Assembly (NCBI RefSeq): GCF_963921235.1
Contig: NC_086097.1
Span: 174,656,001 to 174,720,000, forward strand
Reading direction: 5' to 3'
DNA length: 64,000 bases
Source of the DNA: Mobula hypostoma
Taxonomy: Eukaryota
Below are positions 12,708 through 24,791 of this stretch, one piece after another. The translations under genes and the position numbers were made by a program. The notes under the pieces were generated by a model. That model had not been told where the DNA came from and made no database searches. It was given only the letters and a program-made list of their open reading frames with translations. Position 1 is the first letter of the stretch, and each line of letters starts with the position of its first letter.

Positions 12708-15700
12708 GTTCTGAGCAGGCAGTGGAGTGAGAGGGTAGCAGAGTGGGAGGGCTTTGGCTCAAATGGGGCTTCGGCTAAGAAGGGTCAAGGCGAAGAACTG
12801 ATTCGCAGAGACTCACAGATAACAGTCTTCGACTTCCCCAGTGGGCTCTTCCCGTAGTCCTCTTCCGCGAGCATCCGTTGCTGTGACATGGCAGGTGAGC
12901 TCAGACCCGTGCCATGCCCTCCTGTGCCATGTGGGAACTCAGGAAGGTTGACAGTGTCTCTGAAGACCACGGGTGAAGGAAGTGTGTCCAGCTGCAGCTC
13001 CTGATAGACTGCATGGCAGCACTGGAGCTGTGCATGGACTCCCTTTGGAGCATCCGAGATGCTAAGAATGTTGTGGATAGCACATTTAGTGAGTTGGTCA
13101 CACCGCAGTTTAAGGATCTAAGGAAAGATAGGGAATGAGTGACCAACAGGAAGAATAGTAGCAGGAAGATAGTACAGGAGTCTCCTGCGGTCATCTCCCT
13201 TCAAGGCAGATATATGGCTTTGGAGTCTGTTGGGGGAGATGGCTCATCAGGTGAAGGCAGCAGTAGCCAGGATCATGACACCGTGGGTGGCTCTGCTGTG
13301 CATGAGGGCAAGAAAAAGAGCGACGGAGCTATTGTGGGAGGGGATTCCATGGTAAGGGAAATAGAGAGGAGCTTCTGTGGCCGCAAACGGGACTCCCGTG
13401 TGTTGTCTCCCGGGTGCAAGGGTCAGAGATGTCTCGGAGAGGCTGCAGGGCATTCTGAAAGGGGAGGGTGAGCAGCCAGCTGTCGTGGTGCATGTAGGTA
13501 CTAACGATATAGGAAGAAAGTGGGATGAGATCCTCCAAGCTGAATTTGGGGAGCTAGGAGATAAAGAGTAAGATCTCAAAGGTAATCATCTCAGGATTAT
13601 TACCAGTGCCACGTGCTAGCCAGAGTTGGATTAGCAGGATGGCTAGAATGAATATGTGGCTTGAGCGGTGGTACAGGAGGGAGGGTTTCAGATTCTTGGG
13701 GCATTGGAACCGCTTCTGGGGGAGGTGGGACCAGTACTGTCCAGACAGTCAACATCTGGGCAGGGCCGGGATCAATGTCCTAGGGAAATTGTTTGCTAGA
13801 GATGTTGGAGAAGCTATAAACTAATATGGCAGGGGGATGGGAAGCCACACAGAAAAGAAGAGGGAAGCGATGAAGAGAGCAAAGCTAGAGTTAGTAAAGA
13901 AAAAAGTAAGAGTAGAGTGCATAAAAGTAAAAAGCAAAAATTGCATAGGTCACTAGATTCTAAAAGGACAATGAGTATAAGGGCACTTTATCTAAATGCC
14001 CGTAGTATTAGAAACAAGGTTAGTGAACTACAAAAACAATATAGAAACCTGGTTGCAAGGTGGAGATGACTGGGAATTAAATATCCAAGGGTATCAGGTA
14101 ATACGGAAAGATAGGCAGGAAAGCAGAGGAGGTGGGGTGGCACTCTTGATTAAGAATGAGATCAGGGCGATTGTGAGAGACGATATAAGATCTACGGAGC
14201 AGAATGTTGAGTCCATCTGGGTAGAGATTAAGAATAGTAAAGGGGAAAAAAAAATCACTGGTGGGTGTTGTCTATAGGCCACCTAATAAAAATATTGCAG
14301 TGGCAGAGGCGATTAACCAAGAAATAACTGAGGTTTGTAAGAACGGAACGGCAGTTGTCATGGGGGATTTTAACTTCCACATAGATTGGGTGAATCAGGT
14401 TGGTCAAGGAAGTCTTGAGGAGGACTTCATAGAATACATCCATGATGGCTTTCTGGAGCAGCATATTCGTGAACCTGCAAGGGAAAATACTATCTTAGAT
14501 CTAGTCCTGTGCAATGAGACAGGTAAGATTAACGATCTTGTAGTCAGGGATCCTCTTGGAAAGAGTGATCATTGTATGATTGAATTTCGCATACAGGTGG
14601 AGGATGAAATAGATCTAAAACTAGTGTATTATGCTTGAACAAGGGAGACTACAACGGGATGAGGGAGGAGTTGGCTAATGTGGATTGGGAGCTCAGGCTA
14701 TTTGGTAGGACAGTTGAGGAACAGTGGAATACTTTCAAAGAGATTTTTCACAGTGCTGAACAATAGTATATTCCAGTCAAAAGTATGGACAGTAAGTATG
14801 GGGAGAGCCAGCCTTGGATAACTAAGGAAATAAAAGATAGTATCAAATTAAAAGCTCATGTGTACAAAGTCACAAAGAGTAGTGGGAGACTGGAGGATTG
14901 AGAAGACTTTAAAAAGCAACAGAGAACAACTAAACAAGAAATAAGGAAAGGGAAGATGGAGTATGAAAGTAAATTAGCACAAAATATAAAAACAGAGAGT
15001 AAAAGTTTTTATAAATATATAAAGCGAAAGAGGGTGGCTAAAGTCAACGTAGGTCCTTTGAAAGACGAGAAGGGGAAATTGATATTGGGTGATAAGGAAA
15101 TGGCTGAGGCATTGAACGACTATTTTGTGTCGGTCTTCACAGTGGAGGACATGTCTAATAGATAGATAGATAAATAGATATACTTTATTGATCCCGAGGG
15201 AAATTGGGTTTCATTACAGCCGCACCAACCAAGAATAGAGCATTAATATAGCGATACAAAAACCACAAACAATCAAACAACAATATGCAAACTATGCCAG
15301 ATGGAAATAAGTCCAGGACCAACCTATTGGCTCAGGGTGTCTGACCCTCCACAGGAGGAGCTGCAAAGTTCGATGGCCACAGGCAGGAAGAACCTTCCTT
15401 GACGCCCAGTGTTGTGTCTCGGTGGAATATGGCCGAAGTCCAACAGTAAAAAGTTCAGTATCCGGTCTACAAACACGTTCCTCGATCGTAATATGACCAG
15501 GATTGCACCATCTGTTGTTAACCAGGACAGCAAGCCCCCAACTCCTTTACGATTACCGCTCTCAGTGCACTTCCAGTCAGCCCAAACAGTCTGGAAGCCA
15601 TCCATGGAGAAGTTTTGATCGGGTATGTCCTCGTGCAACCCCGTTTCAGTAAAACACATAACACTGCTCTCCCGAAATGTTCTCTGACTCCTGGCTATTG

Positions 15701-17816
15701 CCATCAACTCGACCATCTTATTACCCACCAAACTCCTCTTCTCCATAAGTCTCTATTGTCTCGACCCGGTCCTCTTTCCTCGCCTTTGTGATCCCCCTCT
15801 GCATCCTCTGTGTGTTTTCCTCCAGATTTCAGCAGGGGTGTCCGCTGCTCTGTTTGCTAAACCGGCCGGCATAAGCGCAATCAGCTGGTCCCTGGAATAA
15901 ACAATGCGACTATACTGCTGCCCTGCTAATGAGATGTGTCTGAATGTAACTATTTCCAGCGCTAAAAACCTAAATAAAACTCTGTCCACCAGCATGTTAG
16001 AGAGGGTGCAGCTTCAACGTGTTGCTGTGAAAAAAAATACAACAAATAACGCAAGTTAAAAAAGTAAGAAAATTAGTTGGAACGGTTGTAACAGGCTGCA
16101 TGCACGACCGGCGCATGCGCACTGTTTGCCAAATGCCAAAGAAGGATGTTATGGACGAAATGGGATGTGAAAGCCTTGATAAAATCACTGTCACTAAAGA
16201 GATATTGATGAGCAAACTATAAGGTAGATAAGTCTCCTGGTCCTGATTGGATGCATGCCAGGGTGCTGAGGGAATTGGCAGAGGTTATAGTAGACGCTTT
16301 GGTAATCATTTATCAAAACTCTCTAGACTCTGGGCGGGTCCCAGCAGATTGGAAGACAGCAAATGTCACGCCACTTTTTAAAATAGGATGTAGGCAAAAG
16401 ACGGGCAACTATAGGCCAGTTAGCTTAACATCTGTAGTCGGGAAAATGCTTGAAGCTGTCATTAAGGAAGAAATAGCGAAACATTTAGAATGGAGTGATT
16501 CCGTTAGACAGACACAGCATGGATTCAGAAAGGGAAGGTCCTGTTTGACAAACTTACTGGAGTTCTTTGAGGATATAATGAGTGCATTGGATAGAGGGGA
16601 ACAGGTGGATGTCGTATACTTGGATTTCCAGAAGGCATTTGATAAGTTGCCACTCAAGAGACTTATCAATAAGATACGGATGCATGGAATCGAAGGAAGT
16701 GTATTGGCATGGATAGTGGATTGGTTAGCCAATAGAAGGCAGAGAATTGGTATAAATGGGTGTTTCTCTGGTTGGCAGCCAGTGGTGAGTGGGGTGCCGC
16801 AGAGGTCGATGCTGGGCCCGCAGCTGTTTACCATTTACCTTGATGATTTGGAAGAGGGGACTGAGTGTAGCGTAGCAAAATTTGCTGATGACACTAAGCT
16901 GAGTGGAAAAGCAAATTGTACAGAGGATGTAGAGAGTCTGCAGAGGGATATAGATAGGTTAAGTGAATGGGCCAAGGTCTGGCAGATGGAATACAATGTT
17001 GGTAAATGTGAGATTATCCACTTTGGAAGGAATAATAGAAGAACAGATTACTATTTAAATGCTGAATGATTGCAGCATGCTGTTGTGCAGAGGGACTTGG
17101 GAGTGCTTGTTCATGAATCGCAAAAAGTTGGCTTGCAGGTACAACAGGTTATTAAGAAGGCAAATGGAATGTTGGCCTTCATTGCTAGAGGGATTGAATT
17201 CAAGAACAGGGAAGTCATGCTGCAACTATACAGGGTACTGGTGAGGCCGCACCTGGAGTACTATATGCAGTTCTGGTTTCCATACTTGAGGAAGGATATA
17301 CTGGCTTTGGAGGCAGTGCAGAGGAGGTTCACCAGATTGATTCCAGGGATGAAGGGCTTAACCTATGAGGAGAGATTGAATCGCTTGGGACTATACTCTC
17401 TGGAGTTCAGAAGAATGAGAGGGGATCTTATAGAAAAGTACAAAATTTTGAAAGGGATAGATAAGATAGAAGTAGGACAGTTGTTTCCATTGGTAGGTGT
17501 GACTAGAATGAGGGGACATTGCCTCAAGATTCAGGGGAGAATATTTAGGATGGAGATGAGGAGAAACTGTTTTTTCCCAGAGAGTGGTGAATCTGTGGAA
17601 TTCTCTGCCCAGGGAATCAGTTGAGGCTTCTTTACTAAATATATTTAAGACACAATTAGATAGGTTTTTACTTAGTAGGGGAATTAAGGGTTATGGGGGA
17701 AAGGCAGGTAAATGGAGCTGAGTTTATGGACAGATCAGCCATGATCTTATTGAATGGCGGGGCAGGCTCGATGGGCCAGATGGCCTACTCCTGCTCCTAT
17801 TTCTTATGTTCTTATG
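12708..17816 (+). mobile_element. Near full-length CR1 LINE (5'UTR, ORF1 with SGNH esterase, ORF2 APE plus RT), disabled
   Basis: ORF1 motifs GDSMVR, VCCLPGA and VVVHVGTND. ORF2 motifs MGDFNF, SDH, NYRPVSLTS, DFQKAFD and FADDTK. Tail cttatgttcttatg; possible TSD taagt (12703-12707 and 17817-17821). Confidence 0.92.
15160..16130 (-). mobile_element. Internally deleted Rex1/Babar-like element (5' end and endonuclease start fused to the 3' end)
   Basis: MCFTET..DGFQ..GGL endonuclease remnant joined to PPRHNT..FLPVAIEL..GGSDTLSQ*, a 3'UTR and a (TATC)n tail. Inserted in CR1 ORF2. Confidence 0.8.
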
Positions 17817-19484
17817 TAAGTTTAAAATGTTAAATGGTAGACCACGTAAACATTATTTATTATTTACTAAGTAGTTAGTTGATCTATAGAACTAAAGAAA
17901 GCACAAATAATATAAGAAAATATGCAATGAGATTATGCCATTTGGTCTAATGAGTGTTTACCTCCATCGTGTTCTTAGGATTGAACAACAATTTCAACAG
18001 TGGTCTGGCTTCTGTGTAGTGTGTGACATTGATGATATCACAATGTAGTGCATATCTCTGAAAATGAGTGGATGATCAACACTTTTCCAGCTGGCTGCTG
18101 TGAACTATAGAAACATCAGCTTTCATCATTCTTACCAGTCTGACTGCAGTTTCTAAAATGCAGTTATACATTATCTACTGGACAGTCCTCAATCATTTCT
18201 TTGCCTCCTCAAAAGTTTTTTTCAAACGTATATATGATTAAGATAGAATTGTCACAATATATACTAATGTGATTTTCTGATAAAGCTGAAGTATTCTAAT
18301 GTTAGATATGAAGTAATGCATTGTGGCCTTTTGGATAATATCTTGAAATGCTATTGCATAATAATAGTATTCATTGCTGCTTCATAATCGGCTATCGAAT
18401 AATAGGATGCAGAAATTCTTATTGAAATACAGGAAACTTATCACTTCTGACTTTGACATAATTTCAAATTCTGATTTATGTTAAATATTATATTTTTCTT
18501 GAATTAAAAATATGATTCATTTAGAATATAAAATTCATTTCAGTGTGTAAGTAACTTTAAAATAGGTTAGAGATTAAAATAGTTGTTCATTACCAAATGG
18601 CTACTCTGTGAATTCATAATTTTATTTTAAAATCTCATAATATTACATTTACATTTGTTAAAGTCAAGATTTTATGTGGTTCATAATTGCTTGAAGTGCA
18701 AAAGTAAATAGGCTTTTTCGTGGCATACTAAAAGAAATTGGGACTCCAAGTGCCGTGCCAGGGAGAGTGGTTTTTAAGACCCCTTAGTTTTATATTATCA
18801 ATAGCACTGGAATGAAGAACTGTGTGCAACTAAGGAGATTTTGGACTGCAGCTTTAATTTTGAGGTTAGTAAATTATTCAAATCACTTCAATGTCTCGAA
18901 GCAATAAAACAATGCCAGCTTTGCCTTTAGTGCATGAATAATCAACGATCTATATTTTAAACAAGTAGCAAATTCATGTTTTACTGAAAAGACAGTGTCC
19001 CAGTTATTACTCTGAGGATGTTAGGGTTATTTTAATAAATCTACTGGGACTTAACCTGCAAGTACCTGCTTCTGAGGACTAATATAGAGCATAAATTTCA
19101 ATGTGAACATATAATTAGATATGAAAATAAGAAGGAACACAGTGGAACCAGCTTAGCCATTCAAACTTTGCTTCACAGGTGTGGACTCAGTAATTTCCTA
19201 TGTTGATACTGCATAGATAATTTCACATCCTTTTCATTAAAAGTAATTTTTGTATAAATATATGCAAATTCTTTTGTAAACTCTTGTTCAGTCTTATGTT
19301 ATTAACTGCACTGCATCTAATTTACAGAGCAGTAATTTTCTGCATGAAGAATACGTTTTGCTGCAGTTCGTGGACTAGTTGGGTTTGCTAGCCTATCCAT
19401 TATTTCTGTGCTTTTTCTTCAGCCACTTTCCTCAGTCTTCTTGATTTCTGTTTTTTATTCATGGCAGGGATAGTGATCCAAAAG

Positions 19485-20110
19485 ATCAAAGTTCAAAGTA
19501 AAATTTATACCAGAGTGCATACGTGTCACCACATACAACCCTGAAATTCTTTTTCCGTAGGCATACTTAGCAAATCTACAGAACAGTAACTGTAAACAAG
19601 ATCAATGGACAACAAACTCTGCAAATACAGATATAAATAAATAGTAATAAATAATTAGCATGAAATAATAACATAAAAGAGTCCTTAAATAAATGTAGTT
19701 ATCCTCTTTTGTTCAAGAGCCTGATGACTGGGGGTTATTAACTGTTCTTGAACCTGGTGGTGTGAGCTCTGAGGCACTTGTACCTTCTACCTGAATGCAA
19801 CAGCGAGAAAAGAGCATGGCCTGGTGGGTGAGGATCTCTCATGATGGATGCTGCTTTTCTATGGCACCGTTTCATGTAGATATGCTCAATGGTTAGTTGG
19901 GCTTTACCCGTGATATACTGTGCTGAATCCACTACCTTTTGTAGAATTTTCCACTCAAAAGGCATTTGAGTGGAATACCAGGCCATAATGCAGACAGTCA
20001 GCAGATGGGCCTCTGGTTTACCTTTCCTGAAGACTACAATCAGTTCTTTGGTTTTATTGACATTACACAGAGGTTGTTGTTATTACACAGTTCAGCCAAG
20101 TTTTCAATCT
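19485..20110 (-). mobile_element. Rex1/Babar-like LINE, 3' fragments
   Basis: ORF 19738..19986 (KAASIMRDPHPPGHALFSLL..SGRRY) and a tttgaac-type tail. Confidence 0.8.
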
Positions 20111-20324
20111 TGTTTGATAACGTTGAATAGATTGCCCTGATTTAAGATGTGGAAGAGGAGATCATGGGGGTGGGGGTGGGGGAGGGGGAAGTTGGACCAG
20201 GGAAGGGATGTGTAACACCTGAGGTATTGTCCACAGATTTCAGGATCCCAATATATATACCTATACATAATAGAAGAAATCTGGTTTTGTTACTTAAGAT
20301 TTGTTTGGGTTCTATAATCAGTAT

Positions 20325-21398
20325 GTGTGCTTAGTTCCCTGCTCTACGTGCTTTACAATTATAACTGTGAGGCTAAGCATAGCTTCAGTGCTATATTTAA
20401 GTTTGCTGACAACACCACTGTTGTTGGCCAAATCAAGGGTGGTGACGAATCAGTGTTTTGGAGGGAAATCTGGCTGAGCAGTGCCACAAAAACAACTTCT
20501 CACTCAATGTCAGGAAGACCAAAGTGCTGATTATTGACTACACGGGAAGGAAACTGGAGGTCCATGAGCCAGTCCTCATTGGAGGATCAGAGGTGGAGAG
20601 GGTCAGCAAATTTAAATTCTTCAGTGTTACCATTTCTGAGGATCTGTCTGGGGTCCAGCACACAAGTGCCATTACAAAGAAAGCACGGCACTGCCTTTAC
20701 TTAGAAGGTTGTGAAGATTCAGCATGTCATCCAGAACTTTGACAAACTTCTTCAGATGTGTGGTGGAGAGTATATTGACTGGTTTCATCACAGTCTGGTA
20801 TGGGAACACCAATCCCTTGAATGGAAAATCCTACAAAATGTAATTGATACAGCCCATTCCATCATAGGTAAAACCTTCCCCACTATTGAATACATCTACA
20901 TGGAATGCTGTTGCAGTAAAGCAACATCCATATCAGGGCCCCCACCATCCAGGTTGTGTTCTCTTCCCACTGCTGCCATAAGGAAGAAGGTACAGGAGCC
21001 TTAGGATCCACACCACCAGGTTCAGGAGCAGCTATTATCCTCAACCATCAGGTTCTTGAACCAGAGGGAATAACTTCCCTCAGCTTCACTCACCCCAGCA
21101 ATGAACTGTTCTCACAACCTATGGACTCACTTTCAAGGACTCTTCATCTTATGTTCTCGATATTTATTGCTTGCTTACTTGCTTGTTTGTTTGTTTGTTT
21201 ATTTATTATTTTTTATTTTACATTTGCACCATTGGTTGTCTTTTGCACAGTGTCTGTTTGTCTTGTCTGTGGTCTTTCATTGATTCTGTTGAGTTTCTTT
21301 GTATTCACCACTTGTGAATGCCTGCAAGAAAATGAATCTCAGGGTTGTATATGGTGACATATATGTACTTTGATAATACATTTACTTGGAACTTTGAC
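20325..21398 (+). mobile_element. Rex1/Babar-like LINE, RT and 3' end
   Basis: IFKFADNTTVVG, NNFSLNVRKTK, and a 3'UTR (aatctcagggttgtatatggtgacat) with tail. Confidence 0.85.
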
Positions 21399-21990
21399 GG
21401 GATGACTTACAAACAGTATTCAGAGCAGGGAAACCCGTTCTCATTTAGCTGTAAGTATCACAGTTAAAAGTATTCTAACATTTACACATTGATAATTAGC
21501 GTCAAATCTGAATCTGCTGTTCAAACAATTTAGCAAAATGTTGAGAAGGTTGCTTCTACGAGTCACCAAGCTATGCGGTCAAGAAACAAATACATGAGAA
21601 GGGAAGCAATTTTTGAATGAACGTGAATTAAGAAATGTCATGAATAAAAATATTATAGCAAATTGCAAGCGTGTTTCTAACTCCCTTAAGGAATGAGATG
21701 CTACCAGTAAGATCACTTTGAATGATACGGAACAGGAACAATCCATGTCAGGGCTGTGTAACAAGAATTACCTTTTAATCAGGAGGGCGATTGAGATTTT
21801 AAAGGCAGAGTTTCACCCCAGTCTCTCTTGAGTTGAGGAGTGACCGATCAGTAAGAGGGATTCATTAGAAAGGGCCAATAAAAATAATTCAAGTGTAAGT
21901 GGAGCGGCCATTCTTTTGCAGTGTGTCAGTGTTCAGAGTGGTTTTGGCTCATCAGGCTTTGATGAGATCAGGTTTGGGCGAGGTACATTG

Positions 21991-22497
21991 CAGACATCCC
22001 ACCCTGCAAAAACTCATTTCAGGGAGGTAGCACCATCAATTTTCGGGAGACTCCCGGAACTTCTGGGAGAGGTGGGATGTCTGCTGTAGAGTAGCTCCTT
22101 AGCAGCTAGCCAGCTAGTTTAAATAACGTTAGCTATGCTAATGAACGAATGACACCTGCTAAACTCACCTCAACATGTCTTTTACAGTCTTAACCCACCA
22201 TGGGCAATAGAAAAGTCACTGTTGCAAACAGTGCAGCAAGCAACACTGTCATTATTTTTGATCCCTATTAGGCAGGGGTACACTTTAGGGTAGTCTGGGG
22301 TGACGTACGTTTTATATTTTCTTTTTTTGGAACACTCTCCCATGGCGCGCACTCGTTCTCTCTCTCTCGCGTGCTCTCTCGCTCGCTCGCTCTCAAAAAA
22401 AATGATTTCTGGGATATTGTATATAATTTGCGGGCATCAGGGAGCCACTATTAATATGCGGGGACTCCCGGAACTTCCGGGAGAGGTGGGATATCTG
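21991..22497. mobile_element. Non-autonomous TIR element (MITE-like) with 6-bp TSD
   Basis: TIR CAGACATCCCACC (21991-22003) pairs with GGTGGGATATCTG (22485-22497); TSD ACATTG at 21985-21990 and 22498-22503; an extra right end at about 22045-22083. Confidence 0.8.
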
Positions 22498-23186
22498 ACA
22501 TTGTCTTGCAAGTTACTCTCTCTCTGTCCTTATTTGTTCATTCCTCATCTGTTAGGACATGATAGATTAGTGAGAATGACTTCAGCGACAGTGTTTTGTA
22601 TTCTCATGTGGGATGTGGGAAGTCTGGGAGACCTCCAGTCTCTCAGATAAACACATCTGTACCGGGTGCACCGAGTTGCAGCTCCTGAGAGAATGTATGC
22701 AGGTAATGGAGCAGCAACTTGATGACCTTTGACTCATACAGGAGAAGGAGGAGGTGATAGACAAAAACTACAGGGAGGTAGTCACCCCTAGGTTACAGAA
22801 GACAGGTAACTGGGTAATCATCAGGAGAAGGAGGGTAAATGCACAGCCAGTGCAGAGTACACTTGTGGCTGTTCACAGTGACCGGTTCTTTGTCACTGAG
22901 TTTTGTGCTGTGGCTAAGAGAGCAGAGAGGTGAAGAGGACCGCAGTGTTGATAGGAGATTCCTTATTCAGAGGAATGTAGGTGAGGTTCTGTGGGTGTGA
23001 TAGAGACACCTGGAAAGTATGTTGCTTCCCTCATGCCAGGATCAGGGATGTCTTGATCGTGTCCATGGCATTCTCAAGGGCAAGGGTGAGCAGCCAGAAT
23101 TCTCGGTGTATATTGTCACCAGTGACATAGGTAGACAAGGTAAGGAGGTCCTGAAGAGATATTTTACAGAGTTAGGTCGAGAGTTG

Positions 23187-24791
23187 CCCACGGAAGGCTG
23201 CTGGACCAGACAATATTCCTGGCAGAGTGCTTAGAGGATGTGCAGACCAGCTAGCAGAGAAAGAGATTCTCACTGACATCTTCAACATCTCCCTGAGCAG
23301 CGCCGTCATTCCTACATGCTTCAAGGCCACCACCATCATCCCGAAGAAGTCTTCAGTGTCCTGCCTCAATGAGTACCGCCCTGTTGCACTCACATCCACC
23401 ATCATGAAGTGTTTCAAGAGGCTCGTCATGAGGTACGTCAAGACCCTGCTGCCCCCCTCACTGGACCCCCTGCAGTTCGCGTACCGTCCCAACCGTTCAA
23501 CAGATGATGCCATTACCATCACCCTCCACCTGGACAAAAAAAGACACGTACTTTCGAATGCTGTTCATAGACTTCAGTTCAGCATTCAACACAATCATTC
23601 CTCAGAAACTGATTGGAAAGCTGAGCCTACTGGGCCCGAACACCTCCGTCTGCATCTGGATCCTAGACTTCCTGACTGGGAGATCTCAGTCAGTCGGGAT
23701 CGGAAGTAGCATCTCCAACACTATCACACTGAGCATGGGGCCCCCCAGGGCTGTGTGCTCAGTCCACTGCTGTTCACTGTGCTGACCCACAACTGTGCTG
23801 CAACACACAGCTCGAACCACATCAAGTTCACCAATGACACGACCATGGTGGGTCTCATCAGCAAGAATGATGAGTCAGCATACAGAGAGGAGGTGCAGCG
23901 GCTAACGGACTGGTGCAGAGCCAACAACCTGTCTCTGAATGTGAACAAAACAAAAGAGATGGTTGTTGACTTCAGGAGGACACGAAGCAACCACTCTCTG
24001 CTGAACATCGATGACTCCTCCGTAGAGATCGTTAGGATCACCAGATTTCTTGGTGTTCACCTGGCGGAGAATCTCACCTGTTCTCTCAACACCAGCTCCA
24101 TAGCAAAGAAAGCCCAGTTGCGCCTCTACTTACTGCGAAGGCTGAGAAAAGTGCATCTCCCACCCCCCCATCCTCACCACATTCTACAGAGGTTGTATCG
24201 AGAGCATCCTGAGCAGCTGCATCACTGCCTGGTTCGGAAATTGCACCAACTCGGATCGCAAGACCCTGCAGCAGATACTGAAGTCAGCTGAGAAGATCAT
24301 CGGGGTCTCTCTTCCCGACATTACAAACATTTACACCACACACTGCATCTACAAAGCAAACAGCATTATGAAGGACCCCACGCACCCCTCATACAAACTC
24401 TTCTCCCTCCTGCCATCTGGCAAAAGGCACCGAAGCATTTGGGCTCTCATGACCAGACTATGTAACAGTTTCTTCCCCCCAAGCCATCAGACTTGTCAAT
24501 ACCCAGAGCCCAGACTGACACCAACCTACTGCCCTCTACTGTGCCTATTGTCTTGTTTATTATTTATGGTAATGCCTACACGGTTTTGTGCACTTTATGC
24601 AGTCCTGGATAGGTCTGTAGTCTGGTGTAGTTTTTATGTTGTTTTATGTAGTTCAGTGTATTTTTTGTATTGTCTCATGTAGCACCATGGTCCTGAGAAA
24701 TGTTGTCTCGTTTTTACTGTGTACTGTACCAGCAGTTATGGTTGAAATGACAATAAAAAGTGACTTGGCTTGACTTGACTTGACTTGACTT
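23187..24791 (+). mobile_element. Rex1/Babar-like LINE, 5'-truncated, RT domain
   Basis: [34 protein letters not shown] and KFTNDTT motifs, a (GACTT)n tail, and an 8-bp TSD gagagttg (23179-23186 and 24792-24799). Confidence 0.92.
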
